Of a stretch of DNA of 64,000 bases, positions 1-9,722 are shown piece by piece. The DNA comes from Candidatus Eiseniibacteriota bacterium (GTDB lineage: Bacteria > Eisenbacteria > RBG-16-71-46), in assembly GCA_044223005.1 (NCBI GenBank), contig JBGAML010000004.1, positions 224,001 through 288,000 on the forward strand, given 5' to 3'. Position numbers and translations under genes: made by a program. How positions within the stretch are numbered: position 1 is the first letter of the stretch; every line of letters starts with the position of its first letter. The notes below the pieces were generated by a model that worked only from the letters and a program-made list of their open reading frames with translations, was not told where the DNA came from and did no database searches.

Positions 1-4
1 GAGC

Positions 5-439
5 GTGGTCGCGGACTTCGAACTGCTCGACCGTGGCGCCCGTTCGGAAATGTTGATCGAGTACGCCGACCAGTTCGAGGAAGTGCCCGCGTCGGTCGCG
101 ACGCGCCCGTTCCCGGAGTCCGCGCGCGCGCCGCGCTGCGAGTCCGAGGCCTACGTGTTCGCGGTCGACCGGCGCGACGGCACGATCGACTACCACTTCG
201 CCGTCGAGAACCCGCAGGGGCTCTCGGCCAAGGCCTGGGCCGTGGTCCTGCGCGAGACGCTCTCGGGCCAGCCCCTGGAACAGATCGCCGCCGTGCCGCA
301 GGACGTGCTCTATTCGATCTTCGGCCGCGACCTGAGCATGGGCAAGGGCCAGGGCATGCTCGGCATGCTGGAGGTGGTCCAGCACGAGGCGCGCACGCGG
401 CTGCTGGCGCGCCGAAAAGCGGAGCAGGGACTCGACTGA
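5..439 (+). CDS. sufE: SufE-family Fe-S metabolism sulfur acceptor (5' end may lie outside the window)
   Basis: Conserved Cys in RAPRCESEAYV, 'LIEYADQF' N-terminal helix and 'LSMGKGQGMLGML' C-terminus are typical of SufE. Confidence 0.75.
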   Translation: MVADFELLDRGARSEMLIEYADQFEEVPASVATRPFPESARAPRCESEAYVFAVDRRDGTIDYHFAVENPQGLSAKAWAVVLRETLSGQPLEQIAAVPQDVLYSIFGRDLSMGKGQGMLGMLEVVQHEARTRLLARRKAEQGLD

Positions 440-454
440 CGCCGGCGCGCCGCG

Positions 455-895
455 TCAGCGCGGCGCCGCGGCCAGCCGCACGAGCCACACGCCCACGAAC
501 GCCGCGACGTGCGCCCACATGACGCGCATCGTCCACGCGTCGCGCCAGCGCCACCCGCGCGCGAACGCGATCGGCGCGGCGAGCCACGCGAGCACGATCT
601 CGCCCGCGAGCGGCAGCGCCAGCGGGTGACGGGCCGCGGCGCCGTGCCAGTCGCCCCGGGCGAGGTGCGCGAGCGCGCGCGTCAGGCCGCAGGTCGCGCA
701 GTCGTGATGCGTGAGGCGGCGGAAGACGCACACCGTGCCGTCCACGCCGTCGCCGGGATTCCACGCCGCGAGGGCGAGCGCCGCCGCCGCGATCGCCAGG
801 CCGGCGATCGCCCACGCGCGCCACGGCCCGCGCGCGTCGCCGCGTGCGGCGGCCGGCGGCGCGCCGGCGCCCGGGAGCGCGGCGTCAGTGCGCGT
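455..895 (-). CDS. DUF2752-family membrane protein; start probably the non-canonical ACG at 895
   Basis: CVFRRLTHHDCATCGLTRA (C-x9-CxxCG-x-TRA) followed by hydrophobic helices. No in-frame ATG/GTG lies near the expected start; ACG at 893-895 has AAGGA 8 nt upstream. Confidence 0.7.
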   Translation of the reverse strand, partial: TRTDAALPGAGAPPAAARGDARGPWRAWAIAGLAIAAAALALAAWNPGDGVDGTVCVFRRLTHHDCATCGLTRALAHLARGDWHGAAARHPLALPLAGEIVLAWLAAPIAFARGWRWRDAWTMRVMWAHVAAFVGVWLVRLAAAPR

Positions 896-1799
896 AGTGC
901 GAGTCCTTCTCGCCGGCCCGCACGGCGACCGGGAGCGTGTTCGCGCGCGGCGGCAGCGGGCAGTTGTAGTACGGGCTGAAGGCGCACGCGGGGTTGTACG
1001 CGTCGTTGAAGTCGATCCGCCAGCGGCCGTCCGGGAGCGGTTCGGGGTCGACGTAGCGCCCGACGCCGTACGTCTCGCGGCCGGTGGTCGCGTCGCGGAA
1101 GAAGATGCTGATCGAGCTCTCGTCCACGCCGGGCTCGAGCAGCCGGTTCGCCTCGAGCCGGCAGCGGCGGCCCGCGATCGCGAGGTCGAACCAGCCCACG
1201 CGCAGCGCCCGCCGGGCATTGCCGCGCGTCGAGAGGATCACGACGGTGTCCGCGTGCGGATCGGGCACGAGCCGGGTCTCGAAGCGATAGGCCATGTCGG
1301 GCGGGAAGAACTCGAGCCCGTGGAACTCCCGCAGGCGCGGGCTGCGCGGGTCGAACACGATGATCGCGGGATACCGCTGGTGCGAGAGCCGCAGCGTCCA
1401 GCGGCCGAACTCGATGCCGGCGGGGCCGAGTGTCGCTTCGCGATAGGCGAGGTGCCGCCACCGGAACGACGCGGTGTCGAGCGTGGCGACGTGGAACGAG
1501 TCACCGGTCACCGCGACCCCGAGCGCGTGCTCGGGCATCTCGGGGTCGTCGATCCGCACGTCGCAGTCCGCCGCGCGTCCGACGACGAGGCGTATCGCCG
1601 CGCCGAAGTCGACGCGCTGCACGGCCGCGAAGTAGCTCGAGCTTCCCGAGCGCAGGTCGTCCTGGGCCTCGTTTCGCGACTGCGCCAGCACTCGCACGAG
1701 CGAATCGCGCACCGCGGGAGCGAGTGTCACGGGCCGAGCGGCCGGCGGGGCTGCGGTGGCCGCGGCGAGGAACACGAGCGTGGTACCGATCAGGGACAT
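885..1799 (-). CDS. DUF1684-family exported protein
   Basis: C-terminal FRDATTGRETYGVGRY...IDFNDAYNPACAFSPYYNCPLPPRANTLPVAVRAGEK; signal-peptide-like MSLIGTTLVFLAAATA from ATG 1799. Confidence 0.85.
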   Translation of the reverse strand: MSLIGTTLVFLAAATAAPPAARPVTLAPAVRDSLVRVLAQSRNEAQDDLRSGSSSYFAAVQRVDFGAAIRLVVGRAADCDVRIDDPEMPEHALGVAVTGDSFHVATLDTASFRWRHLAYREATLGPAGIEFGRWTLRLSHQRYPAIIVFDPRSPRLREFHGLEFFPPDMAYRFETRLVPDPHADTVVILSTRGNARRALRVGWFDLAIAGRRCRLEANRLLEPGVDESSISIFFRDATTGRETYGVGRYVDPEPLPDGRWRIDFNDAYNPACAFSPYYNCPLPPRANTLPVAVRAGEKDSHYAH

Positions 1800-1950
1800 T
1801 CGAGCATCTCCGGCATGGGCCGCTGCATCTGGAGGAGGCAGCATAGCCGCCCGCCCGGTGTCCCTCCAGCCCGGACGATTTCGTTCTTGTGCGCGGCGTG
1901 GTGCGCGTCGGAGACTGCGCGCCCCTTCGGAGGAACCTGGGGAGCGAGCC

Positions 1951-3510
1951 GTGGGAGATCCGATCCGAAACGACGAACGCGAACTGTTCCGCACCGCCTT
2001 CGACCTCGCCCCGTCCGGCATGATGGTCGTCGGCGCGAGCGGTGACATCCTGCTCGCCAACGCGGAAGCCGAGCGCCTGTTCGGCTATGCGTCGGGCGCG
2101 CTCGTCGGCGTGTCCGTGGACCAGCTCGTGCCGCATTCGGTCCGCCACGATCACGCGCACGATCGCCGGCGTTACTTCGACTCCCCGCAGGCCCGGCCCA
2201 TGGGCGCGGGTCGCGACCTGTTCGGGCTCCACCGCGACGGCAGCGAGTTCCCGATCGAAGTCGGGCTCAACCCGGTCGTGCTCGGCGGGACTCGTGTCGT
2301 GATCGCGTCGGTCGTCGACATTTCGGCGCGCCGGCGGGCCGAGGCCGAGGCGCGCCAGGCGGAGGAGCGCCATCGCCAGGCGCAGAAGCTCGAATCGCTG
2401 GGCACGCTCGCCGGCGGCATCGCGCACGACTTCAACAATATCCTGCTCGGCATCGTGGGCTACACCGAGCTCGCGCAGCGCCAGCTCCGGGACGCCCCGG
2501 GTGTCCAGGACGACCTCGCGCAGGTGCTGGTCGCCGCCGAACGCGGCCGGCAGCTCGTGCGGCGCATCCTGTCGTTCAGCCGGCATCGCGATGCCACCCC
2601 GGTGCCGTTGCCGCTCGAGCGCGTCGTGCGCGAGGCGTGCGAGCTGCTGCGCGCGTCCCTGCCCGCGACGATCGAGATGCGCGTCGCGATCGACCCGGGC
2701 CTGCCGCTGGTGATGGCCGAGGAGACGCTCGTCCACCAGGTCGTGATGAACCTCTGCACCAACTCCGCGCACGCGATGCCCGACGGCGGCGTGCTGCAGG
2801 TGCGGCTCGCGCTCGCCGACCCCGAGCCCGGCTTCGTGGCCGCGCACCCCGGCATGGTTCCGGGCCGCTGCGTGCGCCTCTCGGTGATCGACACCGGCCA
2901 CGGCATCCCGCCCGAGGTGCGTGCTCGCATCTTCGAGCCGTTCTTCACCACGAAGTCCGCGGGCGAGGGCTCGGGCCTGGGCCTGTCGGTCATCCTCGGC
3001 ATCGTGCAGTCGCTCTCCGGCGCGATCGAGATCGACTCCGAACCCGGCAAGGGCACGCGAGTCGACGTCTGGCTTCCCCTCGCGCCGGCGCCCGAAGGCG
3101 CGGTGAGCGGTGCGCCGGGCGCACCGGCCGAGGAGGCCGGCCCTGCCCGGCACGTGCTGTTCGTCGAGGACGAGCCCGCGCTCGCGGCCATGGAGCGCCG
3201 CCAGCTCGAAGCGCTCGGCCTGCGGGTCACCGTGCACACGTCGAGCCTCGAGGCGCTGGACGATTTCCGCTCGCGGCCGACGGCATTCGACCTCATGGTG
3301 ACCGACAACACCATGCCCCACATGACGGGCATGATGCTCGCCCGCAAGGTCACGTCGCTGCGGCCCGGCCTGCCCGTGCTCATGGTGTCGGGCTACGCCG
3401 AGAACGCGGACACGGACGTCATGCGCGAGCACGGCGTCACCGGCGTCCTGCGCAAGCCGCACACGCTGAAGGAGCTCGAAGAAGCGCTGCAGCGCGTACT
3501 CGGCGAGTAG
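1951..3510 (+). CDS. Cytoplasmic hybrid sensor kinase PAS-HisKA-HATPase-REC (CckA-like architecture)
   Basis: PAS domain, LAGGIAHDFNN H-box, NLCTNS N-box, DTGHG/FEPFFTTK/GSGLGL boxes and C-terminal receiver (VEDE...VTD...K). GTG start at 1951 follows GGGGAG. Confidence 0.92.
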   Translation: MGDPIRNDERELFRTAFDLAPSGMMVVGASGDILLANAEAERLFGYASGALVGVSVDQLVPHSVRHDHAHDRRRYFDSPQARPMGAGRDLFGLHRDGSEFPIEVGLNPVVLGGTRVVIASVVDISARRRAEAEARQAEERHRQAQKLESLGTLAGGIAHDFNNILLGIVGYTELAQRQLRDAPGVQDDLAQVLVAAERGRQLVRRILSFSRHRDATPVPLPLERVVREACELLRASLPATIEMRVAIDPGLPLVMAEETLVHQVVMNLCTNSAHAMPDGGVLQVRLALADPEPGFVAAHPGMVPGRCVRLSVIDTGHGIPPEVRARIFEPFFTTKSAGEGSGLGLSVILGIVQSLSGAIEIDSEPGKGTRVDVWLPLAPAPEGAVSGAPGAPAEEAGPARHVLFVEDEPALAAMERRQLEALGLRVTVHTSSLEALDDFRSRPTAFDLMVTDNTMPHMTGMMLARKVTSLRPGLPVLMVSGYAENADTDVMREHGVTGVLRKPHTLKELEEALQRVLGE

Positions 3511-3683
3511 GGCCACCCGGGGCCGTTGCGCGGCCCGCGCCCCGCGCCCATAATCCGCGCGTTCCGTCGCCACCCCCGGGCGATTCCCGCGGTTCCCACT
3601 CGTCGAATGCACCGAGGACCCCCATGGAAGTGGCGGCCCCTCCTTCGCTCGCTTCGTCCCCTTCTCCCACGAAAACCGGACTC

Positions 3684-4937
3684 ATGGACGCTCTCGTCAT
3701 CCAGGGCGGACGGCCCGTCAACGGTCGCGTCGCCATCAGCGGCGCCAAGAACGCCGCGCTTCCGGTCATGGCCGCCACGCTGCTCGCGAGCGGCGTGCAC
3801 CGGCTGCGCAACGTTCCCGAGCTCGCGGACACGCGCACGTTCGGCAAGGTGCTCGAGACGCTCGGCGCGAAGGTGTCCTTCGCGCGCGGCGAGTGCACGA
3901 TCGACACGACCCACGTGAACTCGGTCGAGGCGCCCTACGATCTCGTGCGCACCATGCGCGCCAGCATCTACGTGCTCGGGCCGCTGCTCGCGCGCTTCGG
4001 CGCCGCGAAGGTGTCGCTGCCGGGCGGCTGCGCATGGGGCCCGCGGCCCGTGAACCTGCACCTGCAGGGCCTGCAGGCCATGAACGCGCACCTCGAGATC
4101 GAGCACGGCTACATCGTCGGCAAGGACGTGCGCCTGCGCGGCGCCACGGTGCACTTCGACGTCGTGAGCGTCGGCGCGACCGCCCAGCTGCTCATGGCCG
4201 CGACGCTCGCCGAGGGCACGACGGTGCTCGAGAACGTGGCGGTGGAGCCGGACATCACGGTGCTCGGCGAGGTGCTCGTCGCCTGCGGCGCGCGCATCGA
4301 GGGGCTCGGTGGCCGGCGGCTCGTGATCCACGGCGTGCCGTCGCTGCGGCCCATCGACACCGCGATCATCGCCGACCGCATCGAGGCAGCGACGTTCGCG
4401 GCCGCCGCCGCCATCACGGGCGGTACGATCACGCTCGAGCGCGTGGTGCCGGGTCATTTCGAGGCGGCGCTCGCCAAGCTCGAGGAATCGGGCTGCACGG
4501 TGGTGCGCGAGACCGACGAGGTCACCGTGACCGGCCCCTCGCGGCCGCGGGCGGTGGACGTGACGACGATGCCGTTCCCCGGCTTCCCGACCGACATGCA
4601 GGCGCAGATGATGGCCGTGGCCGCGATCGCCAACGGCACCAGCGTGATCACGGACACCATCTACCTCGACCGCTTCACGCACGTGCCCGAGCTGGGTCGC
4701 ATGGGCGCGAACATCGAGCTCAAGGGCAACGTCGCGGTCGTGAAGGGCGTCGAAGGGCTCTCGGGCGCCCCGGTGATGGCCACCGACCTGCGTGCGAGTG
4801 CGGCCCTGGCACTGGCGGCCCTCGTGGCGGAAGGGGAGACGCGCATCTCGCGCATCTACCACCTCGATCGCGGCTACGAGCGGTTCGACGAGAAGCTGAC
4901 GGGTCTCGGCGTGAAGGTCGAGCGCGTGCGCGAATGA
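3684..4937 (+). CDS. murA: UDP-N-acetylglucosamine 1-carboxyvinyltransferase
   Basis: SGAKNAALP, MRASI, LPGGCAWGPRPV (active-site Cys), FPGFPTDMQAQ, TDLRASA, HLDRGYE; 417 aa. Confidence 0.97.
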   Translation: MDALVIQGGRPVNGRVAISGAKNAALPVMAATLLASGVHRLRNVPELADTRTFGKVLETLGAKVSFARGECTIDTTHVNSVEAPYDLVRTMRASIYVLGPLLARFGAAKVSLPGGCAWGPRPVNLHLQGLQAMNAHLEIEHGYIVGKDVRLRGATVHFDVVSVGATAQLLMAATLAEGTTVLENVAVEPDITVLGEVLVACGARIEGLGGRRLVIHGVPSLRPIDTAIIADRIEAATFAAAAAITGGTITLERVVPGHFEAALAKLEESGCTVVRETDEVTVTGPSRPRAVDVTTMPFPGFPTDMQAQMMAVAAIANGTSVITDTIYLDRFTHVPELGRMGANIELKGNVAVVKGVEGLSGAPVMATDLRASAALALAALVAEGETRISRIYHLDRGYERFDEKLTGLGVKVERVRE

Positions 4938-5575
4938 CCGCCGCGCGCCGGCGTGCCGGTCCGGCCACGGCCGCGACGGCGAAGCACTACGACGCGGCCT
5001 ACTACGAACGCTGGTACCGGCGCTCGAACGTCGGCGTCGGTCATCGCGAGTTCGTCGAGCGCAAGGTTCGCCTCGCGCTCGCTGCCGCCGAGTTCGTCCT
5101 CGGCCGGCACGTGGCGAGCGTCCTCGACGTGGGCTGTGGCGAGGCGCCATGGCGCGCCATCCTGCGCCGCCTGCGGCCCGGCGTGCGCTACCTCGGGTTC
5201 GAGACGAGCGCGTACGCGGTGCGCCGTTACGGCCGCGCGCGGAACATTCGCCGCGGCGGGCTCACCGACCTCGGAGGGCTCCGGGGGCGCTGGGACCTCG
5301 TCGTGTGCGCCGACGTGCTGCACTACGTGCCCACGCGTGTCGCGCGCGAGGGGCTGGCGTCGATCGCCCGGCTCGCCGCGGGCGTTGCGTTCGTCGAGGC
5401 GTTCACGAACGCCGACGAGATCGAGGGCGATCGCGACGCGTTCCAGGACCGTTCGCCCGCGGCCTACCGGAAGCTCTTCGCGAGCGCGGGCCTGGTGCCG
5501 CTGGGGCTGCACCTGTACGCGACGCGCGAGGCGTTCGGGACACTCGTGGCGCTGGAGCGCGGCGCGGCGCGCTGA
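4934..5575 (+). CDS. Class I SAM-dependent methyltransferase
   Basis: VLDVGCGE motif I and WDLVVCADVLHY; ATGA overlap with the murA stop. Confidence 0.85.
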   Translation: MTAARRRAGPATAATAKHYDAAYYERWYRRSNVGVGHREFVERKVRLALAAAEFVLGRHVASVLDVGCGEAPWRAILRRLRPGVRYLGFETSAYAVRRYGRARNIRRGGLTDLGGLRGRWDLVVCADVLHYVPTRVAREGLASIARLAAGVAFVEAFTNADEIEGDRDAFQDRSPAAYRKLFASAGLVPLGLHLYATREAFGTLVALERGAAR

Positions 5576-5578
5576 AGC

Positions 5579-6385
5579 TCAGCGCCGGCGACGCACGGAC
5601 GCGCGCGCGCGGCCCCGGAGCGCCACCGTCGCGCACACGATCGCGCCGGCGCCGCACGCGATGCCCCACGCCGCCTGGGGCCACATCCAGATCGACGGGC
5701 GCGCCATGGCGTCCACGCGTTCGGCGCCGAAGGCGTGCACGAACGCCGATCGTACCGCCGGCAGGAGCACGGGGATCTTCTCCCAGTTCATGCGGGTGTA
5801 CGAGAGGTAGTTGTACTGCGGCGGGTAGTCCCGCCCGCCGTTGCTCTCGGCGTAGACCAGCGACGTGTCGCGCGACAGTTCCGCCGCCGTCGCCAGCTGG
5901 CCCGCGCGGTTGCGGAAGATCACGCCGAACTGCGGATCGGCGACGACCCAGCGGCCGTCCACCCATGCCTCGACCACGGTGTGGATGCTCCGTCCGTCGG
6001 GATCGCGCAGCAGAAGCGGCCGGCTGTCGATTCCGCGCGTGCGCAGCATCGCGACCACGACGCGGGTGAACGAGCCGCACGAACCGCGGTAGTCGGCGCC
6101 CCACCGAATCACGTCGCCCGGCCCGGGATGCATGGGATTGAAGCGGTAGTAGAGCCGGACCGGCAGCGAGGACAGTCCGGCGTACCCGGGGTCCTTCAGC
6201 TCGGCGTTCGCGAATCGGACGTAGCGCTCGAAGCGTTCCGACGGAGACCATGCACGGCCCGCGTCCACCCGGCCCGCGGTGAGCGCCACGAGCCGGAGAT
6301 CGCGGAAGTGCTCCACGAGCAGGAGGATCGAGGCGACCGCGAGCACGGCGGCGGCCGCGGCGGCAAGACGTGCGCGAAACGACAA
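5579..6385 (-). CDS. Membrane-anchored transglutaminase-like protein (paralog 1)
   Basis: GSCGS...IHTVVEAWVDGRWVVADP (Cys-His-Asp); hydrophobic helices at both termini; TTG start at 6385 follows GGAG. Confidence 0.8.
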   Translation of the reverse strand: MSFRARLAAAAAAVLAVASILLLVEHFRDLRLVALTAGRVDAGRAWSPSERFERYVRFANAELKDPGYAGLSSLPVRLYYRFNPMHPGPGDVIRWGADYRGSCGSFTRVVVAMLRTRGIDSRPLLLRDPDGRSIHTVVEAWVDGRWVVADPQFGVIFRNRAGQLATAAELSRDTSLVYAESNGGRDYPPQYNYLSYTRMNWEKIPVLLPAVRSAFVHAFGAERVDAMARPSIWMWPQAAWGIACGAGAIVCATVALRGRARASVRRRR

Positions 6386-6566
6386 GCGCTGCTCCGTGAA
6401 CGGGTCGGGGACGAATGCAGGCGCGCCTGGGCAAGGGGGGGGGCGCGCGGGCGTGGAGCGGGTACGGGCGAGGGCAATTATGGCCGCGTCGGCAGGGAAC
6501 GTCAACGCGGAGCGGACCTTGCGGCCCGGGCGAGTCCGGTGGGGCCGATCGCCCTCGTCGCCGTGC

Positions 6567-7421
6567 TCAGCGCAGGGCGGCGCCGGCCCCGGCCAGGGCG
6601 GCCGCGCGCTCGAGCGCAGGCCGGCGCACGATTCGCCGCTCGGCGACGCCGGCGCAGCAGCCGAAGAAGACCGCCGCCAGCGCGAAACCGATCGCGAATG
6701 CCGCGCGCGGCCGGCTCCAGAGCTCGGTCGGCTCCCCCATCTCGTACACGATGTCGGGGCCCAGGAGTGCCGTGAGGATGCCGTGTGCGGCCGGCAGTAC
6801 GATCGGGATCTTGTGCCAGTTCGTGTGCGCGGCGCGCGTGTAGCTGTAGATGGACGGGTACGGTTCCCGCCCTTCGGTCGCGAGCGCGAGCAGGCCCGGA
6901 TCCCGCCGGAGGTCGTCCCGCGTGGCGAGGCGGCCGTCGCGGCGATGGAAGACGATGTCGTAGGTCGGGTCGGCGACGACCCAGCGACCGTCGATGTACG
7001 TTTCGACCACCGTGTGGATCGAGTGCTGCTTGCCGTCGAGCAGGAGCAGCAGCCGCGCGTGAATGCCGCGGCTCTTCAGCATGGCGACGACCACGCGCGA
7101 GCGCGAGCCGCAGGGCCCCCGGAAATCAGAACCCCAGCGCAGCACGTCCGCAGGTCCCGGGTGCATCGGGTTGAACCGATACCACGCACGCACGATGTCG
7201 TTCGGCAGTCCCTCGAGCCCCGGGTCCGGGATGCGCGTCGCGGCGAAGTGGATGTACGCCTCCATTCGCTCCCGCGCAGTCAATCCGCGGCCGGCGTCGA
7301 TCCGGTCGGCGGTCTGGTCGACCAGCGACTGGCTGCGCAGGTGCGCGCCGAGGCTGAGCGCGGCGAGCGCCAGGCAGAGCGCCGTGAGGGCGCGCAGGGT
7401 TCGGGCGAGGAGGACTGGCAC
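6567..7421 (-). CDS. Membrane-anchored transglutaminase-like protein (paralog 2)
   Basis: GPCGS...IHTVVETYIDGRWVVADP; colinear with 5579-6385; GTG start at 7421 follows GAGG (ATG 7439 is an alternative). Confidence 0.8.
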   Translation of the reverse strand: MPVLLARTLRALTALCLALAALSLGAHLRSQSLVDQTADRIDAGRGLTARERMEAYIHFAATRIPDPGLEGLPNDIVRAWYRFNPMHPGPADVLRWGSDFRGPCGSRSRVVVAMLKSRGIHARLLLLLDGKQHSIHTVVETYIDGRWVVADPTYDIVFHRRDGRLATRDDLRRDPGLLALATEGREPYPSIYSYTRAAHTNWHKIPIVLPAAHGILTALLGPDIVYEMGEPTELWSRPRAAFAIGFALAAVFFGCCAGVAERRIVRRPALERAAALAGAGAALR

Positions 7422-7500
7422 GTGGGAGCCTCGTCCCATAGGTGGGCCGGGGGGCAAGAATGATACATGGATGGTCCGCCGGAAAGAAGATGGACCCGGG

Positions 7501-8790
7501 TCAGCCGTCCATGGCCTCCAGGACCGCCGCCAGCGTGGCCTCGCACGAAACCGGTGGGTTCGGCCGGGCCGGAACGACGCCCTCGAGGGTGCCACGGTGG
7601 TAGCCCACGATCGCGTCCGGGTCCTTGAGGACGTGCCCGGTCAGGATCGCGACCACCCGGGCGTCCCGGGCGATCGTGCCCGCGGCGACCAGCTTGCGCA
7701 GGCCCGCCAGTGAGGCGCACGACGCGGGTTCGGCGCCGATTCCGGCAGCGTCGACCTCGGCCTTGGCGTCCATGATTTCGGCATCGGTCGCCTGCTCGAC
7801 GACGCCCTGCGTCGCCGCGAGCCCGCGCAGGCACTTTCGCCACGAGACGGGCCGGCCGATCTTGATCGCCGTCGCGATCGTCCGGGGATCCGTGACCGGC
7901 TCGAGTGGCCGGCCGCTCGTCCACGCCCGCCAGAGCGGGTTGGCGCCCTCGGCCTGCACGACCGCGAGCCGCGGCAGCCGGTCGATCACTCCGAGCGCGT
8001 GCAGCTCGACGAGGCCCTTGGCGATCGCGGAACTGTTCCCGAGGTTGCCGCCGGGGAGCACGATCCAGTCGGGCACCTGCCAGCGCAGGTCCTGCAGCAG
8101 CTCGAACCCGATCGCCTTCTGGCCCTCGACCCGGAACGGGTTCATCGAGTTCACGAGGTAGACGTCGCGCTCGCGGCAGACCTGCTCGACCAGCGTCATC
8201 GCGGCGTCGAAGTTGCCGCGCACCTGGATCGTGCGGCCACCGTACGCGAGCGACTGGCCGAGCTTGCCGTAGGCGATGTTGCCCTCGGGGATGAACACGT
8301 ACGCGCGCAGCCCCGCGGCCGCCGCGTACGACGCCATGGACGCGGAGGTGTTGCCCGTCGACGCGCAGGCGACGGCGCGCATGCCGAGCGCGCGCCCGAC
8401 GCTGATGGCCACGGTCATGCCACGGTCCTTGAACGAGCCGGTCGGGTTCTCGCCCTCGTGCTTGAGCCGCAACGTGCCGTCGAGCCCGGCCCAGCGCGCG
8501 AGCGCGTCCGAGGCGTAGAGGTTCGTGTCGCCCTCGGGCTTGGTGACGATCGCGTCGACCGGCAGCGGCAGCACCCACTCGCGGAAGCGCCAGACGCCGG
8601 AGCGGTCCTCGGGCGCGAACGATCCGCGCCGCTGGTCGAGCGTCGCGGTCGTGAGCGGCCCCGGCGCGGCACCAAAGTCGTGCTCGACGTCGAGCGTGCC
8701 GCCGCACTCGCACCGATAACGGCGCTCGAGCCCCGGGTAGGTGCGCGCGCAGTCGGCGCAGCGCAGCGTCCAGTTCGCGTGCACGTTCAT
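7501..8790 (-). CDS. thrC: Threonine synthase
   Basis: KHEGENPTGSFKDRG (PLP lysine), CASTGNTSAS, PGGNLGN, ILTGHVLKDP; N-terminal CxxC...CxC. Confidence 0.95.
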   Translation of the reverse strand: MNVHANWTLRCADCARTYPGLERRYRCECGGTLDVEHDFGAAPGPLTTATLDQRRGSFAPEDRSGVWRFREWVLPLPVDAIVTKPEGDTNLYASDALARWAGLDGTLRLKHEGENPTGSFKDRGMTVAISVGRALGMRAVACASTGNTSASMASYAAAAGLRAYVFIPEGNIAYGKLGQSLAYGGRTIQVRGNFDAAMTLVEQVCRERDVYLVNSMNPFRVEGQKAIGFELLQDLRWQVPDWIVLPGGNLGNSSAIAKGLVELHALGVIDRLPRLAVVQAEGANPLWRAWTSGRPLEPVTDPRTIATAIKIGRPVSWRKCLRGLAATQGVVEQATDAEIMDAKAEVDAAGIGAEPASCASLAGLRKLVAAGTIARDARVVAILTGHVLKDPDAIVGYHRGTLEGVVPARPNPPVSCEATLAAVLEAMDG

Positions 8791-9722
8791 GCCTCGCGCG
8801 CCCCCGGGCAGTCTGCGGGGGAGAAGACCGCGGACGATTCGAGCCCCGCGCGCCGGAAGGCCGCCCGCATGGCCACCGCGACTTCGTGCGCGCTGCGCTC
8901 GCTGCGGCACAGCGCGAACAGGCTCGGGCCCGAGCCGCTGATCGAGGCGCCGAGCGCGCCCGCGTCGCGCGCGGCGGCGAGCACGTCGAGGCAGCCGGGG
9001 ATCAGCCGCGCGCGCGCGGCCGTGACCACGTCGGGCTCGAGCGCGCGGGCGAGCAGGCCGAGATCGCCCGAGAAGCACGCGGAGACGAACGCGCCCAGGT
9101 TCGCGCTCGTGCGCACCATCTGCGCGAGCGGCACGTCCGCGGGCAGCGCCGCGCGCGCGTCGCGCGTGCTCACCTCGTGCTGCGGCGTCACCACCGTCAG
9201 GACGAGCCCGGCAGGCACGGGCAGCCGCACGATGTCCGGCGGGTCCACCGAGCGCACGAGCACCATGCCGCCCAGAAGCGCGGGCGCGACGTTGTCGGCG
9301 TGACGGCCGGAGACGGCGGCCTCGGCCTCGACGCACGGCGCGACCAGCTCGGCGCGGCGCAGCGGCGAGCCGAGCAGCAGGTTCACGGCGTACGCCGCGG
9401 CGGCGGCGCTCGCCGCAGAGCTGCCCATGCCGGAGCCGAGCGGCAGGCCCTTCGTCACCTCGAGCTCGACGCCGGCGTCGATGCCCGCGCGCGCCAGCGT
9501 GGCGATCGCGGCGATGCCGGCGGTATTGCGCTCGGGCTCGAGCGGCAGGCGGCCGCCGTCGCCATGCACCGCCGCGATCCGCACGCCGGTGCCCGGCACG
9601 CGCCGCGCGAGCACGGTGTCGCCGGGGCCGAGCAGCGCGAGCCCCAGGACGTCGAAACCGGTGCCGAGGTTCGCCACCGTGGCGGGAGCGAACGCGCGCA
9701 CGACGCGGGACGGGGCGCTCAT
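8787..9722 (-). CDS. thrB: Homoserine kinase
   Basis: APATVANLGTGFDVLGLA, PLGSGMGSSAAS (GHMP motif), HADNVAP, ISGSGPS. Confidence 0.96.
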   Translation of the reverse strand: MSAPSRVVRAFAPATVANLGTGFDVLGLALLGPGDTVLARRVPGTGVRIAAVHGDGGRLPLEPERNTAGIAAIATLARAGIDAGVELEVTKGLPLGSGMGSSAASAAAAAYAVNLLLGSPLRRAELVAPCVEAEAAVSGRHADNVAPALLGGMVLVRSVDPPDIVRLPVPAGLVLTVVTPQHEVSTRDARAALPADVPLAQMVRTSANLGAFVSACFSGDLGLLARALEPDVVTAARARLIPGCLDVLAAARDAGALGASISGSGPSLFALCRSERSAHEVAVAMRAAFRRAGLESSAVFSPADCPGAREA

